In this document: piece by piece, positions 9,872-20,518 of the stretch
How positions within the stretch are numbered: position 1 is the first letter of the stretch
Layout: each line of letters starts with the position of its first letter
Sequence record: PZ445429.1
Strand: one strand, 5' to 3'
DNA: 64,000 nucleotides
Origin: a phage
Position numbers and translations under genes: made by a program
The notes under the pieces: generated by a model
The model's database searches: none
Seen by the model: only the letters and a program-made list of their open reading frames with translations
Told to the model about the DNA's origin: nothing

Positions 9872-10272
9872 TCAATTTAAAAGATATTACCCTTGAAACT
9901 CGTACTATTGAGCTGGCTTACCCAGGTATGCCTAACTTCAAGCTGCAACTGAACTACATGTCTCGTGCTGCATCTAAGCGTGTTATCTCTTCCGCTAAGC
10001 GTGACGAGTGGGTTAACGGTACTATGATTCAAGTTCAGGACGATGATAAGTTTATTGAAGCTTTCGTTGATACTGCAATTGCTGGCTGGACTGGCTTGAC
10101 GATTGGAGATGTTGAGAAGCTGATGCTTATCGAAACTGAAGCTGATCCTACTACTGAAGTTCCATTTAGTCGCGATAATGCTATCATGCTTATGCAGAAC
10201 TCTGCTGCGTTTGATTCTTGGATCAACCAGACAGTGTTCCACTTAGACACTTTTCGTAGCTCAAAAGCGTAA
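9868..10272 (+). CDS. Putative tail assembly chaperone (134 aa)
   Basis: Acidic small protein upstream of tape-measure gene; the downstream ORF frame is open from 10247, overlapping this stop. Confidence 0.45.
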   Translation: MINLKDITLETRTIELAYPGMPNFKLQLNYMSRAASKRVISSAKRDEWVNGTMIQVQDDDKFIEAFVDTAIAGWTGLTIGDVEKLMLIETEADPTTEVPFSRDNAIMLMQNSAAFDSWINQTVFHLDTFRSSKA

Positions 10273-10333
10273 GCAGTTACTAGATGCTGTTGCCGATTTT
10301 GCTGATAAATGCATTAAATCATCAGCATCTAAA

Positions 10334-10702
10334 ATGACAAAACAACAATATTTAATGCTTTGTGAGTCGCTAGGTATTGAACCTGATCCTAAGGCAATGC
10401 CTGTTGAACTCGAAGATTTTCCACCTATTGTATCTACTAGTATGAATATTTATAACAGTCTTATTGACTGTTTCATACCAGGTGACTTTCCTATTTTTAT
10501 AGGAAAAGACAAAAGTGCACTAGGTGTTTTATTTGATATCTATGGGATTACTGATCCTATAGAGAAAGAGTTTGTTCTACACATCATCAATATATTTGAT
10601 TCGAAAGCTGTAGATGCAGCTCGTAAGAGAGCCGAGAAGCATGGTAAACAAAATGGTCGCACTCCGAACATTAAACCGCATGCTAGATCTCGAGCTCAGT
10701 AA
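10334..10702 (+). CDS. Putative tail assembly chaperone, second part, or hypothetical protein (122 aa)
   Basis: Position immediately upstream of tape-measure gene; reading frame open upstream to 10247. Confidence 0.4.
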   Translation: MTKQQYLMLCESLGIEPDPKAMPVELEDFPPIVSTSMNIYNSLIDCFIPGDFPIFIGKDKSALGVLFDIYGITDPIEKEFVLHIINIFDSKAVDAARKRAEKHGKQNGRTPNIKPHARSRAQ

Positions 10703-10737
10703 AAGTTTCCTCCAATGGGCGTTCCACGATGAGGCTT

Positions 10738-10770
10738 GGCTCTGGGTGATTTGCCCAGAGCCTTTTTTAT
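10738..10770 (+). terminator. Rho-independent terminator before tape-measure gene
   Basis: Hairpin ggctctggg-tgatttg-cccagagcc followed by TTTTTT. Confidence 0.7.
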
Positions 10771-10782
10771 TGGGAAAAATAA

Positions 10783-13700
10783 ATGACTGATAAGCTAATA
10801 CGAGAACTACTTATAGATGTAAAGCAGAAAGGGGCAACCCGTACTGCAAAATCTATTGAGAACGTTTCCGATGCGTTAGAAAATGCTGCTGCCGCTTCCG
10901 AACTGACTAATGAGCAGTTAGGAAAAATGCCCAAAACTCTTTACTCCATTGAGAGGGCGGCGGATAGAGCAGCTAAAAGTCTAACTAAAATGCAGGCTAG
11001 TAGAGGCATGACTGGTATCACCAAATCTATGGATAGTATTGGTGCTAAGTTAGATGACCTTGCTATTGCTATGATCGAGGTATCCGATAAGCTAGAGTCT
11101 GGATTTACACACGTTGGGAAATCTGTTAAGGCGATGGGTAACGATGTAGCTGCTGCAACTGAAAAAGTTCAAGATAGATTATATGATACTAACCGAGCAC
11201 TAGGTAATACTGCTAGAGGCTTTAATGATACAACTACCGCTGCAGGACGTGCTAGTCGTGCAATTGGTAATACTTCTGGTTCAGCACGTGGTGCAACTCG
11301 TGACTTTGCAGCTATGGCTAAAGTGGGTGGTGGTTTACCTCTTATGTACGCTGCTATCGCATCTAACGTGTTCGTTCTACAATCTGCATTCGAACAACTT
11401 AAGATGGGTGACCAGTTAAACCGTCTTGAGAAGTTTGGTACTATTGTTGGTACTCAAACAGGTACTCCGGTACAAACTCTAGCTAGATCTCTACAAGAGG
11501 CTGCTGGTTATGCAATCTCCTTCGAAGAAGCAATGAGACAAGCATCCTCTGCTTCCGCATATGGATTTGATGCTGAACAACTTAATAAATTTGGTCTAGT
11601 AGCTCGTCGTGCTGCTGCTGTTCTTGGTGTTGATATGACTGATGCACTTAACCGTGTAATCAAGGGTGTATCCAAACAAGAAATCGAACTTCTGGACGAA
11701 CTTGGTGTTACTATTCGTCTTAATGATGCTTACGCTGACTACGTTAAACAGTTAAATGCTGCTAACACAGGTATTACGTATAACGTCAATAGTCTTTCCA
11801 CTTTCCAAAAGCAACAAGCATATGCTAACGCAGTAATCGCTGAATCTACTAAACGTTTCGGCTACTTGGATGACGTACTTCGTGCAACTCCATGGGAACA
11901 GTTTGCTGCTAATGCTGATGCTGCCCTGAGAAAGGTTCAACAGGCTGCTGCTAAGTATTTAGGGCCGGTAATTGATTCTATTAACGCAGTATTCTATACT
12001 TCTCAAGCATCTATCTCAGCTTCTGCTGCTAGAGCACAGGAAGAAACTAACCGTCAGATTGACCCAACTAACGTTGGTGCTGTAGCTTTAAGTCTTTCCG
12101 CTTCTGAGGAAGGATATAATAAAGCTCTTGATATGTATAAAGAATCTCTAGAAAAGCGTAATAAGTTAAAAGCTGATCTAGACAAGCGTATGGAACAGGC
12201 TGACTTCTTTACCGCAGGTGCAATTCGTTCTGTGGCTCAAGGTGTTCCGGTAAGTGCTGCGGCTCTTGGTGCTTCGGAGGAAAACAAGAAGTTCGTAGCT
12301 GAAACTGCGGCTATGGCACTCCAAGTAGAACGTTTGGATAAGGAAGTTACTGATTCAACCGATAACTTAGGTGCATGGAAATCTGCATATCAAGCTGCTG
12401 GTGCTGCGGCTGCTAAGGCTAATCCAGAATTTCAGAAGCAGATTAATCTGCAGAAGGATATGAATGACCCTGATGCGGTTTATGACTTTAACTCCGCAAC
12501 TCTGAAAGGACTGACAGAACAGCAGAAAGCATATGATCAGGCTAAGAAAACTGCTAGTGATTTAGCTAACGATATCCAGAACATTGCTCAGAATACTAAT
12601 ACTGCGGCTAAAACTAGTGCATCCCTATCAGATACGATTAAGACTATTGAGTCTCTTTCTGCTGGTACTGGTAAAAATGCTGATGAGTATGTTAAGAGCC
12701 TGAACTTAGGATATAATACCCTTAGTGAGATGAAGACTGCTTCACAAGCTCTTGCTGGTTATGTAAAACTAACCGGTAATGAAACTAAGAATCAGTTAGA
12801 AGTTCAGCAGAAGATTGCCGAAGTGTATAACCAGACTAAGGACAAAGAGAAAGCACAGGAAGCTGGTAGACGTCTGGAAATCCAACAGTTAGAAGAACAG
12901 GAAGCAGCTCTTAAGCGTGTCCTAGAAACTAACAAGGGTAACAAAGCAATCGAAGGTGAGATAGCTAAGATTCAGTTAGAACGTATCAAGATCACTAACC
13001 AGGGTATGGAAGCTCAGAAGAAGGTTAAGGATTATACCGATAAGATTCTTGGTGTTAATCGTGAAATTGCTCTCCTGAATAACCGTACTATGACAGATAC
13101 TCAATATCGTTTAGCTCAGTTGAACCTTGAACTGACTGTCGAGAAAGAAAAGTATGAATGGTACTCCAAACAGGTTGATAAGCATAAGGAAGCTGAACAA
13201 TCAAGACGTGCTCAGGCACAAATTGAACGTGAAATATGGAAGTTCCGTCAGGATCAGCAGATGGAAATGGCTTCTGGACGTGAAAGAGCTCTTAATATTT
13301 CACAGATTAGCAGAAACGTTACGGGGGAATCTCAGAGACTAACCGAACAGCAAGCTCTGTACCAAAGTTTACTGGAAATTACAAAAGGAAATGCACAAGC
13401 TCAGGAAGAGTATAAGCGTAAAATCCAAGAAACTTCGGCAGCTCTAGCACAGCTTAAGATGCAACGTGATGCTCAGATGCAGCAGCAAGTCACTTCTTCT
13501 GTTGGTGGTGTTTACACTCCAACAACTGGACTGGAAGGAGATGATAAAGCAAATATGGATATGCAGAATAGAATGGCATCCTATGACCAGGCTATTTCTA
13601 AGCTGTCTGAACTGAACTCCGAAGCAACTGCTGTAGCACAAAGCATGGGTAACTTAACTAATGCTATGATCCAGTTCTCCCAAGGATCTCTGGATACTAC

Positions 13701-14463
13701 CTCTCTAGTAGCGGCTGGTATGCAAACTGTATCTTCAATGATTCAGTATAGTGTTGGTCAGCAGGTAAGTGCTATTGATGCGGCTATTGCAGCAGAACAG
13801 AAGCGGGATGGTAAATCTGAGCAATCTAAAGCTAAGATCAAGAAGTTAGAGGCTGAAAAGCTCAAGATCCAGCAAGATGCGGCTAAGAAGCAAATCATTA
13901 TCCAGACGGCAGTAGCAGTGATGCAGGCAGCAACAGCTGTTCCGTATCCATTCTCTATTCCTCTGATGGTTGCGGCTGGTTTAGCAGGTGCTATGGCTCT
14001 TGCTCAAGCATCCTCTGCATCTGGTATGTCTTCTATTGGGGACTCTGGTGCTGAGACAGCTGGTTACTTAACTCTTGGAGAGCGCCAGAAGAACGTAGAC
14101 GTTTCTATGTCGGCTAACGCAGGAGAACTTTCTTATATTCGAGGTGATCAAGGGATTGGTAATGCTAACTCTTTCGTACCTCGTGCAGAAGGTGGTAATA
14201 TGTATCCTGGAGTTAGTTACCAGATGGGTGAGCATGGTACCGAAGTAATCACTCCTATGGTTCCGATGAAGGCTACTCCTACTGATGAACTCAAAGGATC
14301 TTCAAAAGGTACATCGGGTAGACCTATTGTGCTGAACATCAGTACAATGGATGCGGCTAGCTTCCGAGACTTTGCTTCGAGCAACAGTGCTGCTTTCAGG
14401 GATGCCGTGGAACAGGCTCTTAATGAGAATGGAACCACCCTGAAATCACTTGGTAATTCTTAA
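10783..14463 (+). CDS. Tape measure protein (T5 pb2-like, 1226 aa)
   Basis: Very long Ala/Gln-rich coiled-coil protein; hydrophobic segment near C-terminus (IPLMVAAGLAGAMALAQA); position upstream of distal tail protein. Confidence 0.85.
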   Translation: MTDKLIRELLIDVKQKGATRTAKSIENVSDALENAAAASELTNEQLGKMPKTLYSIERAADRAAKSLTKMQASRGMTGITKSMDSIGAKLDDLAIAMIEVSDKLESGFTHVGKSVKAMGNDVAAATEKVQDRLYDTNRALGNTARGFNDTTTAAGRASRAIGNTSGSARGATRDFAAMAKVGGGLPLMYAAIASNVFVLQSAFEQLKMGDQLNRLEKFGTIVGTQTGTPVQTLARSLQEAAGYAISFEEAMRQASSASAYGFDAEQLNKFGLVARRAAAVLGVDMTDALNRVIKGVSKQEIELLDELGVTIRLNDAYADYVKQLNAANTGITYNVNSLSTFQKQQAYANAVIAESTKRFGYLDDVLRATPWEQFAANADAALRKVQQAAAKYLGPVIDSINAVFYTSQASISASAARAQEETNRQIDPTNVGAVALSLSASEEGYNKALDMYKESLEKRNKLKADLDKRMEQADFFTAGAIRSVAQGVPVSAAALGASEENKKFVAETAAMALQVERLDKEVTDSTDNLGAWKSAYQAAGAAAAKANPEFQKQINLQKDMNDPDAVYDFNSATLKGLTEQQKAYDQAKKTASDLANDIQNIAQNTNTAAKTSASLSDTIKTIESLSAGTGKNADEYVKSLNLGYNTLSEMKTASQALAGYVKLTGNETKNQLEVQQKIAEVYNQTKDKEKAQEAGRRLEIQQLEEQEAALKRVLETNKGNKAIEGEIAKIQLERIKITNQGMEAQKKVKDYTDKILGVNREIALLNNRTMTDTQYRLAQLNLELTVEKEKYEWYSKQVDKHKEAEQSRRAQAQIEREIWKFRQDQQMEMASGRERALNISQISRNVTGESQRLTEQQALYQSLLEITKGNAQAQEEYKRKIQETSAALAQLKMQRDAQMQQQVTSSVGGVYTPTTGLEGDDKANMDMQNRMASYDQAISKLSELNSEATAVAQSMGNLTNAMIQFSQGSLDTTSLVAAGMQTVSSMIQYSVGQQVSAIDAAIAAEQKRDGKSEQSKAKIKKLEAEKLKIQQDAAKKQIIIQTAVAVMQAATAVPYPFSIPLMVAAGLAGAMALAQASSASGMSSIGDSGAETAGYLTLGERQKNVDVSMSANAGELSYIRGDQGIGNANSFVPRAEGGNMYPGVSYQMGEHGTEVITPMVPMKATPTDELKGSSKGTSGRPIVLNISTMDAASFRDFASSNSAAFRDAVEQALNENGTTLKSLGNS

Positions 14464-14467
14464 TACT

Positions 14468-14497
14468 GGAGGAGGACTTTATGTCCTCCTTTTCTTT
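14468..14497 (+). terminator. Rho-independent terminator after tape-measure gene
   Basis: Hairpin ggaggac-tttat-gtcctcc followed by T-rich run. Confidence 0.65.
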
Positions 14498-14571
14498 ATG
14501 GAAAAATAAAAATTTCTTGATAAAATTTTCCAATCCTATTATAATATTGTTATTAAGAGGAGAAATTAACT

Positions 14572-15186
14572 ATGAGACTACCAGACCCATACACGAACCC
14601 AGAGCTATCAGGGTTAGGTTTTGAAAGCGTTAACTTAGTAGACAATGACCCTATGATTCGTGATGAATTACCTAATGGTAAAGTTAGGGAGGTTAAGGTG
14701 TCTGCTCAATATTGGGGTATTAATATCTCTTATCCAGAATTATTCCCAGATGAATTTGCTAAATTAGACTCATTCATTCTAGATTATAAAAGAACAGGTA
14801 GCTATATTGATGTGTTATTACCACAATATGAAGCTTTTCGAGTTCGTGGTGATACTAGTGCTGTAAATATTCCTGCTGGACAAAAAGGTTCAACAGTTAT
14901 TATGGACACTAAAGGTACACTTCGTGGACTGCCTAAACCAGGCGATTTATTTAAATTGTCCAACCATCCAAAAGTGTACAAAATCACTTCTATCAACATA
15001 GCAGGAAATACTTGGAATATAAGTGTTTATCCTGATCTATTCATTACTACTACGGGTAGTGAGAAACCGGTATTTAATGGTATTCTGTTTAGAACTAAAT
15101 TAATGAACGGAGACAGTTTTGGCTCTACGTTAAATAGTAATGGTACATATACTGGTATTTCACTTTCCTTGAGGGAAAGTCTATGA
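14572..15186 (+). CDS. Distal tail protein Dit (T5 pb9-like, 204 aa)
   Basis: Size identical to T5 pb9; position between tape measure and baseplate hub. Confidence 0.75.
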   Translation: MRLPDPYTNPELSGLGFESVNLVDNDPMIRDELPNGKVREVKVSAQYWGINISYPELFPDEFAKLDSFILDYKRTGSYIDVLLPQYEAFRVRGDTSAVNIPAGQKGSTVIMDTKGTLRGLPKPGDLFKLSNHPKVYKITSINIAGNTWNISVYPDLFITTTGSEKPVFNGILFRTKLMNGDSFGSTLNSNGTYTGISLSLRESL

Positions 15187-18032
15187 AGAAAATTCTTGAC
15201 AGTGCAAGAGAGTATTTAAGAACCAATAATAAAATAAAAACTGCATGCCTTATTACTCTTGAATTGCCAAGCTCTACCGGATCAAGTTCTGCGTACATTT
15301 ATCTTACAGACTATTTTAGGGATGTAATTTATAATGGTATTCTTTACACATCTGGTAAAGTTAAGTCTATAACAACACATAAACAAAATAGAAAACTTTC
15401 CATTGGTAGCCTTTCTTTTACTATCACAGGTACTGCTGAAGATGAAGTATTAAAACTAGTCCAAAATGGTGTATCCTTCCTAGATAGATCCATCTCAATC
15501 CATCAAGCGGTTATTGATGAAGAAGGTAACATTCTTCCTGTAGATCCAGACACTAATGGTCCTTTACTCTACTTCCGTGGTAAAATCACTGGTGGTGGTA
15601 TTAAGGATAACATTGGTACTTCTGGAGTTAGTACATCTGTTATTACATGGAACTGTTCAAACCAATTCTATGACTTTGATAGAGTAAACGGACGTTTCAC
15701 AGATGATGCTGACCATAGGGGACTTGAGATTGTTGCTGGCCAATTAGTTCCATCTAATGGTGCTAAACGACCTGAATATCAAGAGGACTACGGATTCTTC
15801 CACGCTAACAAGAGTATTTCTATTCTTGCTAAGTATCAGGTTCAGGAAGAACGTTATAAGTTACAATCTAAGAAAAAGTTATTTGGTCTTTCTAGAAGCT
15901 ATAGCCTAAAGAAATACTATGAGACTGTAACTAAGGAAGTCGATCTTGATTTTAACTTAGCAGCTAAATTCCTTCCAGTAGTATACGGAGTTCAGAAAAT
16001 TCCTGGAATCCCAGTATTTGCAGATACTGAACTGCATAACCCTAATATCGTATATGTAGTATACGCTTTCTGCGAGGGTGAGATTGATGGATTTCTAGAT
16101 TTCTACTTTGGTGATGTACCAATGATCTGTATTGATCCTAATGATAGTAAGTCTCGTACTTGTTTTGGTACTAAGAAAGTAGCTGGTGATACCATGCAAC
16201 GTATTGCTTCTGGTCAACCAAGCTCTGAACCTTCTGTTCATGGACAGGAATATAAGTATAATGATGGTAATGGCGATATCCGTATCTGGACTTATCATGG
16301 TAAGGCTGATCAATCTGCTGCTGATGTTCTAGTTAACATTGCAAAAGAGAAAGGTTTCTATCTACAGAACATGAATGAGAATGGACCGGAATACTGGGAC
16401 TCTCGTTATAAACTGTTAGATACTGCTTATGCTATCGTTCGCTTTACTATTAATGAAAACAGAACAGAAATTCCAGAAGTTAGTGCTGAAGTTCAAGGTA
16501 AGAAGATTAAGATCTATCATTCAGATGGTAGAGTAACTGCTGATAAGACCAGCTTAAATGGTATATGGCAAACTCTGGACTACCTAACCTCTGATCGCTA
16601 CGGTGCTAATATCACTATCGATCAGTTCCCACTCCAGCAACTTATTCAAGAAGCAGCTATTTTGGATATCATTGATGAATCCTATCAGGTTTCTTGGCAA
16701 CCCTATTGGAGATACGTTGGATGGACTGATGCTGTAGGAGAGAATAGACAAATAGTTCAAATGAACACTATTCTCGATACCTCTGAGTCAGTATTTAAAA
16801 ACGTGCAGGGATTAATAGAGTCTTATGGTGGTGCTATCAACAACTTATCTGGTCAATATAGAATAACTGTTGAGAAGTTCTCAAACACCCCATTAGAGAT
16901 TGACTTCTTAGATACCTATGGTGATCTGGAATTGTCAGATACTACTGGTAGAAATAAATTCAACTCAGTACAAGCCTCTATACTAGATCCTGCATTAAGC
17001 TGGAAAACTAACTCCATTACATTCTTTAACTCTATATTTAAGGAACAAGATAAAGGGTTAGATAAAAAACTTCAACTTTCTTTTGCAAATATCACTAACT
17101 ACTATACTGCGCGTAGCTTTGCAGATAGAGAACTGAAAAAGTCTCGTTACTCACGAACTCTTACTTTCTCGTTACCATATCATTTCATAGGTATTGAGCC
17201 TAACGATCCGATTGCTTTTACATATGGTCGTTATGGTTGGGATAAGAAATACTTCCTAGTTGATGAAGTTGAAAACTCTAGAGAAGGTAAGATTAATATT
17301 ACACTGCAAGAGTATGGTGAGGATGTATTCATTAACTCCGAGCAGGTTGATAATAGTGGTAACGATATCCCTGATGTTAGTAATAACGTACTGCCTCCTA
17401 GAGACTTTATGTATACACCAACACCGGGTGGACAAGTAGGATCTATTGGTAAGAATGGTGAGTTATCTTGGCTTCCTAGCTTAACTAATAACGTTGTTTA
17501 CTACTCCATTGTTCATTCTGGACATGCTGATCCTTACATCGTACAGCAATTAGAAACTAATCCAAATCTACGAATGATCCAAGAAATTATTGGAGAACCT
17601 GCTGGTTTAGCAGTCTTTGAGATTAGAGCTGTAGATATTAATGGTAGACGAAGTTCTCCTGTAACACTATCGGTAGAACTTAACTCTGCTAAAAACTTAA
17701 GCGTCGTTAGTAATTTCAGGGTTACTAATACAGCTTCAGGAGATGCATCGGAGTTTGTAGGACCAGACGTTAAGTTGGCCTGGGATAGAATTCCAGAAGA
17801 AGATATCATTGATGGAATCTTCTACACTCTCGAAATCTACGATAACCTAGATCGTTTATTAAGAAGTGTACGAATTGAAGATCAGTATGTCTACGATTAT
17901 CTACTGATATACAATAAGGCAGACTATGCTCTTCATAACGAGGATGCTCTAGGTATTAATAGGAAGTTACGCTTCCGTATAAGAGCAGAAGGTGATAATG
18001 GCGAGCAATCTGTGGATTGGGCATCTATTTAA
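15183..18032 (+). CDS. Baseplate hub / tail-associated lysin-like protein (T5 pb3-like, 949 aa)
   Basis: Size identical to T5 pb3; start overlaps the Dit stop; conserved order. Confidence 0.75.
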   Translation: MKKILDSAREYLRTNNKIKTACLITLELPSSTGSSSAYIYLTDYFRDVIYNGILYTSGKVKSITTHKQNRKLSIGSLSFTITGTAEDEVLKLVQNGVSFLDRSISIHQAVIDEEGNILPVDPDTNGPLLYFRGKITGGGIKDNIGTSGVSTSVITWNCSNQFYDFDRVNGRFTDDADHRGLEIVAGQLVPSNGAKRPEYQEDYGFFHANKSISILAKYQVQEERYKLQSKKKLFGLSRSYSLKKYYETVTKEVDLDFNLAAKFLPVVYGVQKIPGIPVFADTELHNPNIVYVVYAFCEGEIDGFLDFYFGDVPMICIDPNDSKSRTCFGTKKVAGDTMQRIASGQPSSEPSVHGQEYKYNDGNGDIRIWTYHGKADQSAADVLVNIAKEKGFYLQNMNENGPEYWDSRYKLLDTAYAIVRFTINENRTEIPEVSAEVQGKKIKIYHSDGRVTADKTSLNGIWQTLDYLTSDRYGANITIDQFPLQQLIQEAAILDIIDESYQVSWQPYWRYVGWTDAVGENRQIVQMNTILDTSESVFKNVQGLIESYGGAINNLSGQYRITVEKFSNTPLEIDFLDTYGDLELSDTTGRNKFNSVQASILDPALSWKTNSITFFNSIFKEQDKGLDKKLQLSFANITNYYTARSFADRELKKSRYSRTLTFSLPYHFIGIEPNDPIAFTYGRYGWDKKYFLVDEVENSREGKINITLQEYGEDVFINSEQVDNSGNDIPDVSNNVLPPRDFMYTPTPGGQVGSIGKNGELSWLPSLTNNVVYYSIVHSGHADPYIVQQLETNPNLRMIQEIIGEPAGLAVFEIRAVDINGRRSSPVTLSVELNSAKNLSVVSNFRVTNTASGDASEFVGPDVKLAWDRIPEEDIIDGIFYTLEIYDNLDRLLRSVRIEDQYVYDYLLIYNKADYALHNEDALGINRKLRFRIRAEGDNGEQSVDWASI

Positions 18033-20090
18033 ATGATTTCGAATAATGCACCAGCCAAGATGGTCTTAAATAGTATTATGACTGGATATACTATGGCGTA
18101 TATCCAGCATTCTATCTATACCGACTACGATGTTATCGGTAGATCATTCTGGCTTAAACTTGGCGAAGAAGTGGATAGAAGAGATTTCACTGGAATCGAC
18201 ACTTTCTTTGTTATGATCAATAACTTAACTCCCTCAACTACCTATCAGGTTCAGGGAGCTTTTTATGACTCAATTATTGACTCAGAACTTTTAAATGCAA
18301 AAATTGGTATTAACCTCTCTAATGAAACTAACTTTAAAACAAAAGAGAAGCCAATAATTGTTGCAGCAAGATCTGAGTCAGAACCTGTGGATGTTGGGGT
18401 GGGCGCACCAATAGTTGTTGTGGAAACAACTGGTGAAGCAAGCTACTGTACTATTGAGTTAAAAAGTACAGCCACTGAAGACAGTCCATGGACTAAATAT
18501 TATATTGGGGCTTTAGGTTCTACTATTAAATTTGGTGGAGTTCCTATCGGAGATTATAAGATCAGAATATCTGGTCAAGTAACTATGCCTGATGGTGTTA
18601 CAGTTGATTCTTCTGGGTACTATGAGTTCCCTAATATTCTAACTGTAGCTTATAATTTTGTTCCTCCTACTGCACCTATCGATATTGTTTTTAAAGCTGC
18701 ACGAATTGCTGATGGTAAAGAACGATATGATGTTAGAATTGAGTGGGACTGGGAACGTGGTGCTGGTGCTAACGTTCGTGAATTCTTGGTTACTTACATA
18801 AACTCCGAGGAATATGCTAAAACCGGATGGGCTAAAGCTCAAAAGATAAACGTGGGTGCTGCCAGAGCTGCAACAATTATATCATTCCCATGGAAAGTTG
18901 AACATACTTTTAAGGTATCATCAATTGCCTGGGGACCAAGTAAACAAGATATAACAGAGTCAGCTCCTGTAACGTTTATTCTGAATGAAGATACTCCTCT
19001 AGATAATAGTTTTGTCAATGAGACGGGTATTGATGTTAACTATGCCTTTATTAAAGGCAGCATGAAAGATGGGGAAATCTGGAGACAAACATTCCTAATT
19101 GATGCAGCTACTGGTGCTATTAACATTGGTCTGCTAGATGAAGAAGGTAAAGCACCTATTTCTTTTGACCCTATAAACCGTGTTGTTAACGTTGATGGTA
19201 AAGTAATTACTAGAGATATTAATGCTGCGAACTTTATCATGACTAACTTGTCTGGTAAAGATAACCCAGCAATTTACACTCAAGGTAAATCCTGGGGGGA
19301 TAATAACTCTGGTATTTGGATGGGTATGGATAATACCTCTGCCAAAGCTAAGTTAGACATTGGTAATGCTACACAATGGATACGTTATGATGGTACTACT
19401 CTGCGTATTTCTAGTGGTGTAGTGATTGGAACACCAAATGGTGACGTAGATATTGGAACTGGTTTACAAGGTAAGCAAACAGTATTTGTTTATAAGTTAG
19501 CAACATCTTTACCGGCCAAACCGCTAGAACAAGATTATCCACCTCCTGGTTGGTCAAAAACTCCACCTAACCGTACAGATATGACACAAAATATCTATGC
19601 GACTACAGGTACACTTGACCCAGTTACTAACAAACTTCTTGAAGGTACTAGCTGGTCTGATGTAGTTCAATGGAGTGGTACTGAAGGTACTATAGGACAT
19701 GATGGACAGCGTGGTCCTGGGATGTACTCCATGGGTATTCCTGGATTAGGCGGTTGGGATGATGGACAAGCTAACGCATTCTTTCAAAATAACTTTGGAA
19801 AACCTCCGGTTAAATACGATGTTCTAACACAATTTAACAGTAATGCTCCACAAACAGCATTTACCCGTCAGTGGAACGGAGCTGGATGGATTAACCCTGC
19901 AATGGTTCTTCATGGCAATATGATTGTTAATGGAACTGTTACTGCGGATAAGATTGTGGCAGGAAATGCCTTCTTATCACAAATCGGTGTTAATATAATC
20001 TACGATAGAAATGCTGCGTTATCAGGGAACCCTGAAGCATACTACAAGATGAAGATAGACCTAAATAGTGGGTATATCCATATAAGGTAA
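18033..20090 (+). CDS. Central straight fibre protein (T5 pb4-like, 685 aa)
   Basis: Size and position after baseplate hub; Gly/Thr-rich beta-like repeats. Confidence 0.7.
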   Translation: MISNNAPAKMVLNSIMTGYTMAYIQHSIYTDYDVIGRSFWLKLGEEVDRRDFTGIDTFFVMINNLTPSTTYQVQGAFYDSIIDSELLNAKIGINLSNETNFKTKEKPIIVAARSESEPVDVGVGAPIVVVETTGEASYCTIELKSTATEDSPWTKYYIGALGSTIKFGGVPIGDYKIRISGQVTMPDGVTVDSSGYYEFPNILTVAYNFVPPTAPIDIVFKAARIADGKERYDVRIEWDWERGAGANVREFLVTYINSEEYAKTGWAKAQKINVGAARAATIISFPWKVEHTFKVSSIAWGPSKQDITESAPVTFILNEDTPLDNSFVNETGIDVNYAFIKGSMKDGEIWRQTFLIDAATGAINIGLLDEEGKAPISFDPINRVVNVDGKVITRDINAANFIMTNLSGKDNPAIYTQGKSWGDNNSGIWMGMDNTSAKAKLDIGNATQWIRYDGTTLRISSGVVIGTPNGDVDIGTGLQGKQTVFVYKLATSLPAKPLEQDYPPPGWSKTPPNRTDMTQNIYATTGTLDPVTNKLLEGTSWSDVVQWSGTEGTIGHDGQRGPGMYSMGIPGLGGWDDGQANAFFQNNFGKPPVKYDVLTQFNSNAPQTAFTRQWNGAGWINPAMVLHGNMIVNGTVTADKIVAGNAFLSQIGVNIIYDRNAALSGNPEAYYKMKIDLNSGYIHIR

Positions 20091-20095
20091 TTATA

Positions 20096-20518
20096 ATGAG
20101 TACAGAAAACCGAGTTATTGATATTGTTGTTGATGAGAAAGTACCTTATGGTCTTATCATGCAGTTTATGGATGTTGATGACAGTGTATATCCACCAACA
20201 GAAGTTCCTGTTAACTTAACCGGATATTCACTCCGAGGAACTATTAAATCTAGTTTAGATGAGAACGCCGAGGTTCTAGCTAACTTTAAAACTCGTGTTA
20301 TTGATGCTGCTCAAGGTGCTGCTGCAATTAGTCTTTCCGTTGCAGACGTTACTAATATTGGTGAAAAAGCATCTAAAGAACGTGATAAGTATAACCCAAG
20401 ACAACGTTTTGCTGGTTATTATGATATCCTAATGACTCGTGATGTAATTGGCTCTGAAGTCAGTTCTTTCCGTATTATGGAAGGTAAAGTATACATCAGC
20501 GATGGAGTAACTCAATAA
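20096..20518 (+). CDS. Tail collar protein (T5 p132-like, 140 aa)
   Basis: Size identical to T5 p132; immediately upstream of lateral fibre gene. Confidence 0.65.
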   Translation: MSTENRVIDIVVDEKVPYGLIMQFMDVDDSVYPPTEVPVNLTGYSLRGTIKSSLDENAEVLANFKTRVIDAAQGAAAISLSVADVTNIGEKASKERDKYNPRQRFAGYYDILMTRDVIGSEVSSFRIMEGKVYISDGVTQ

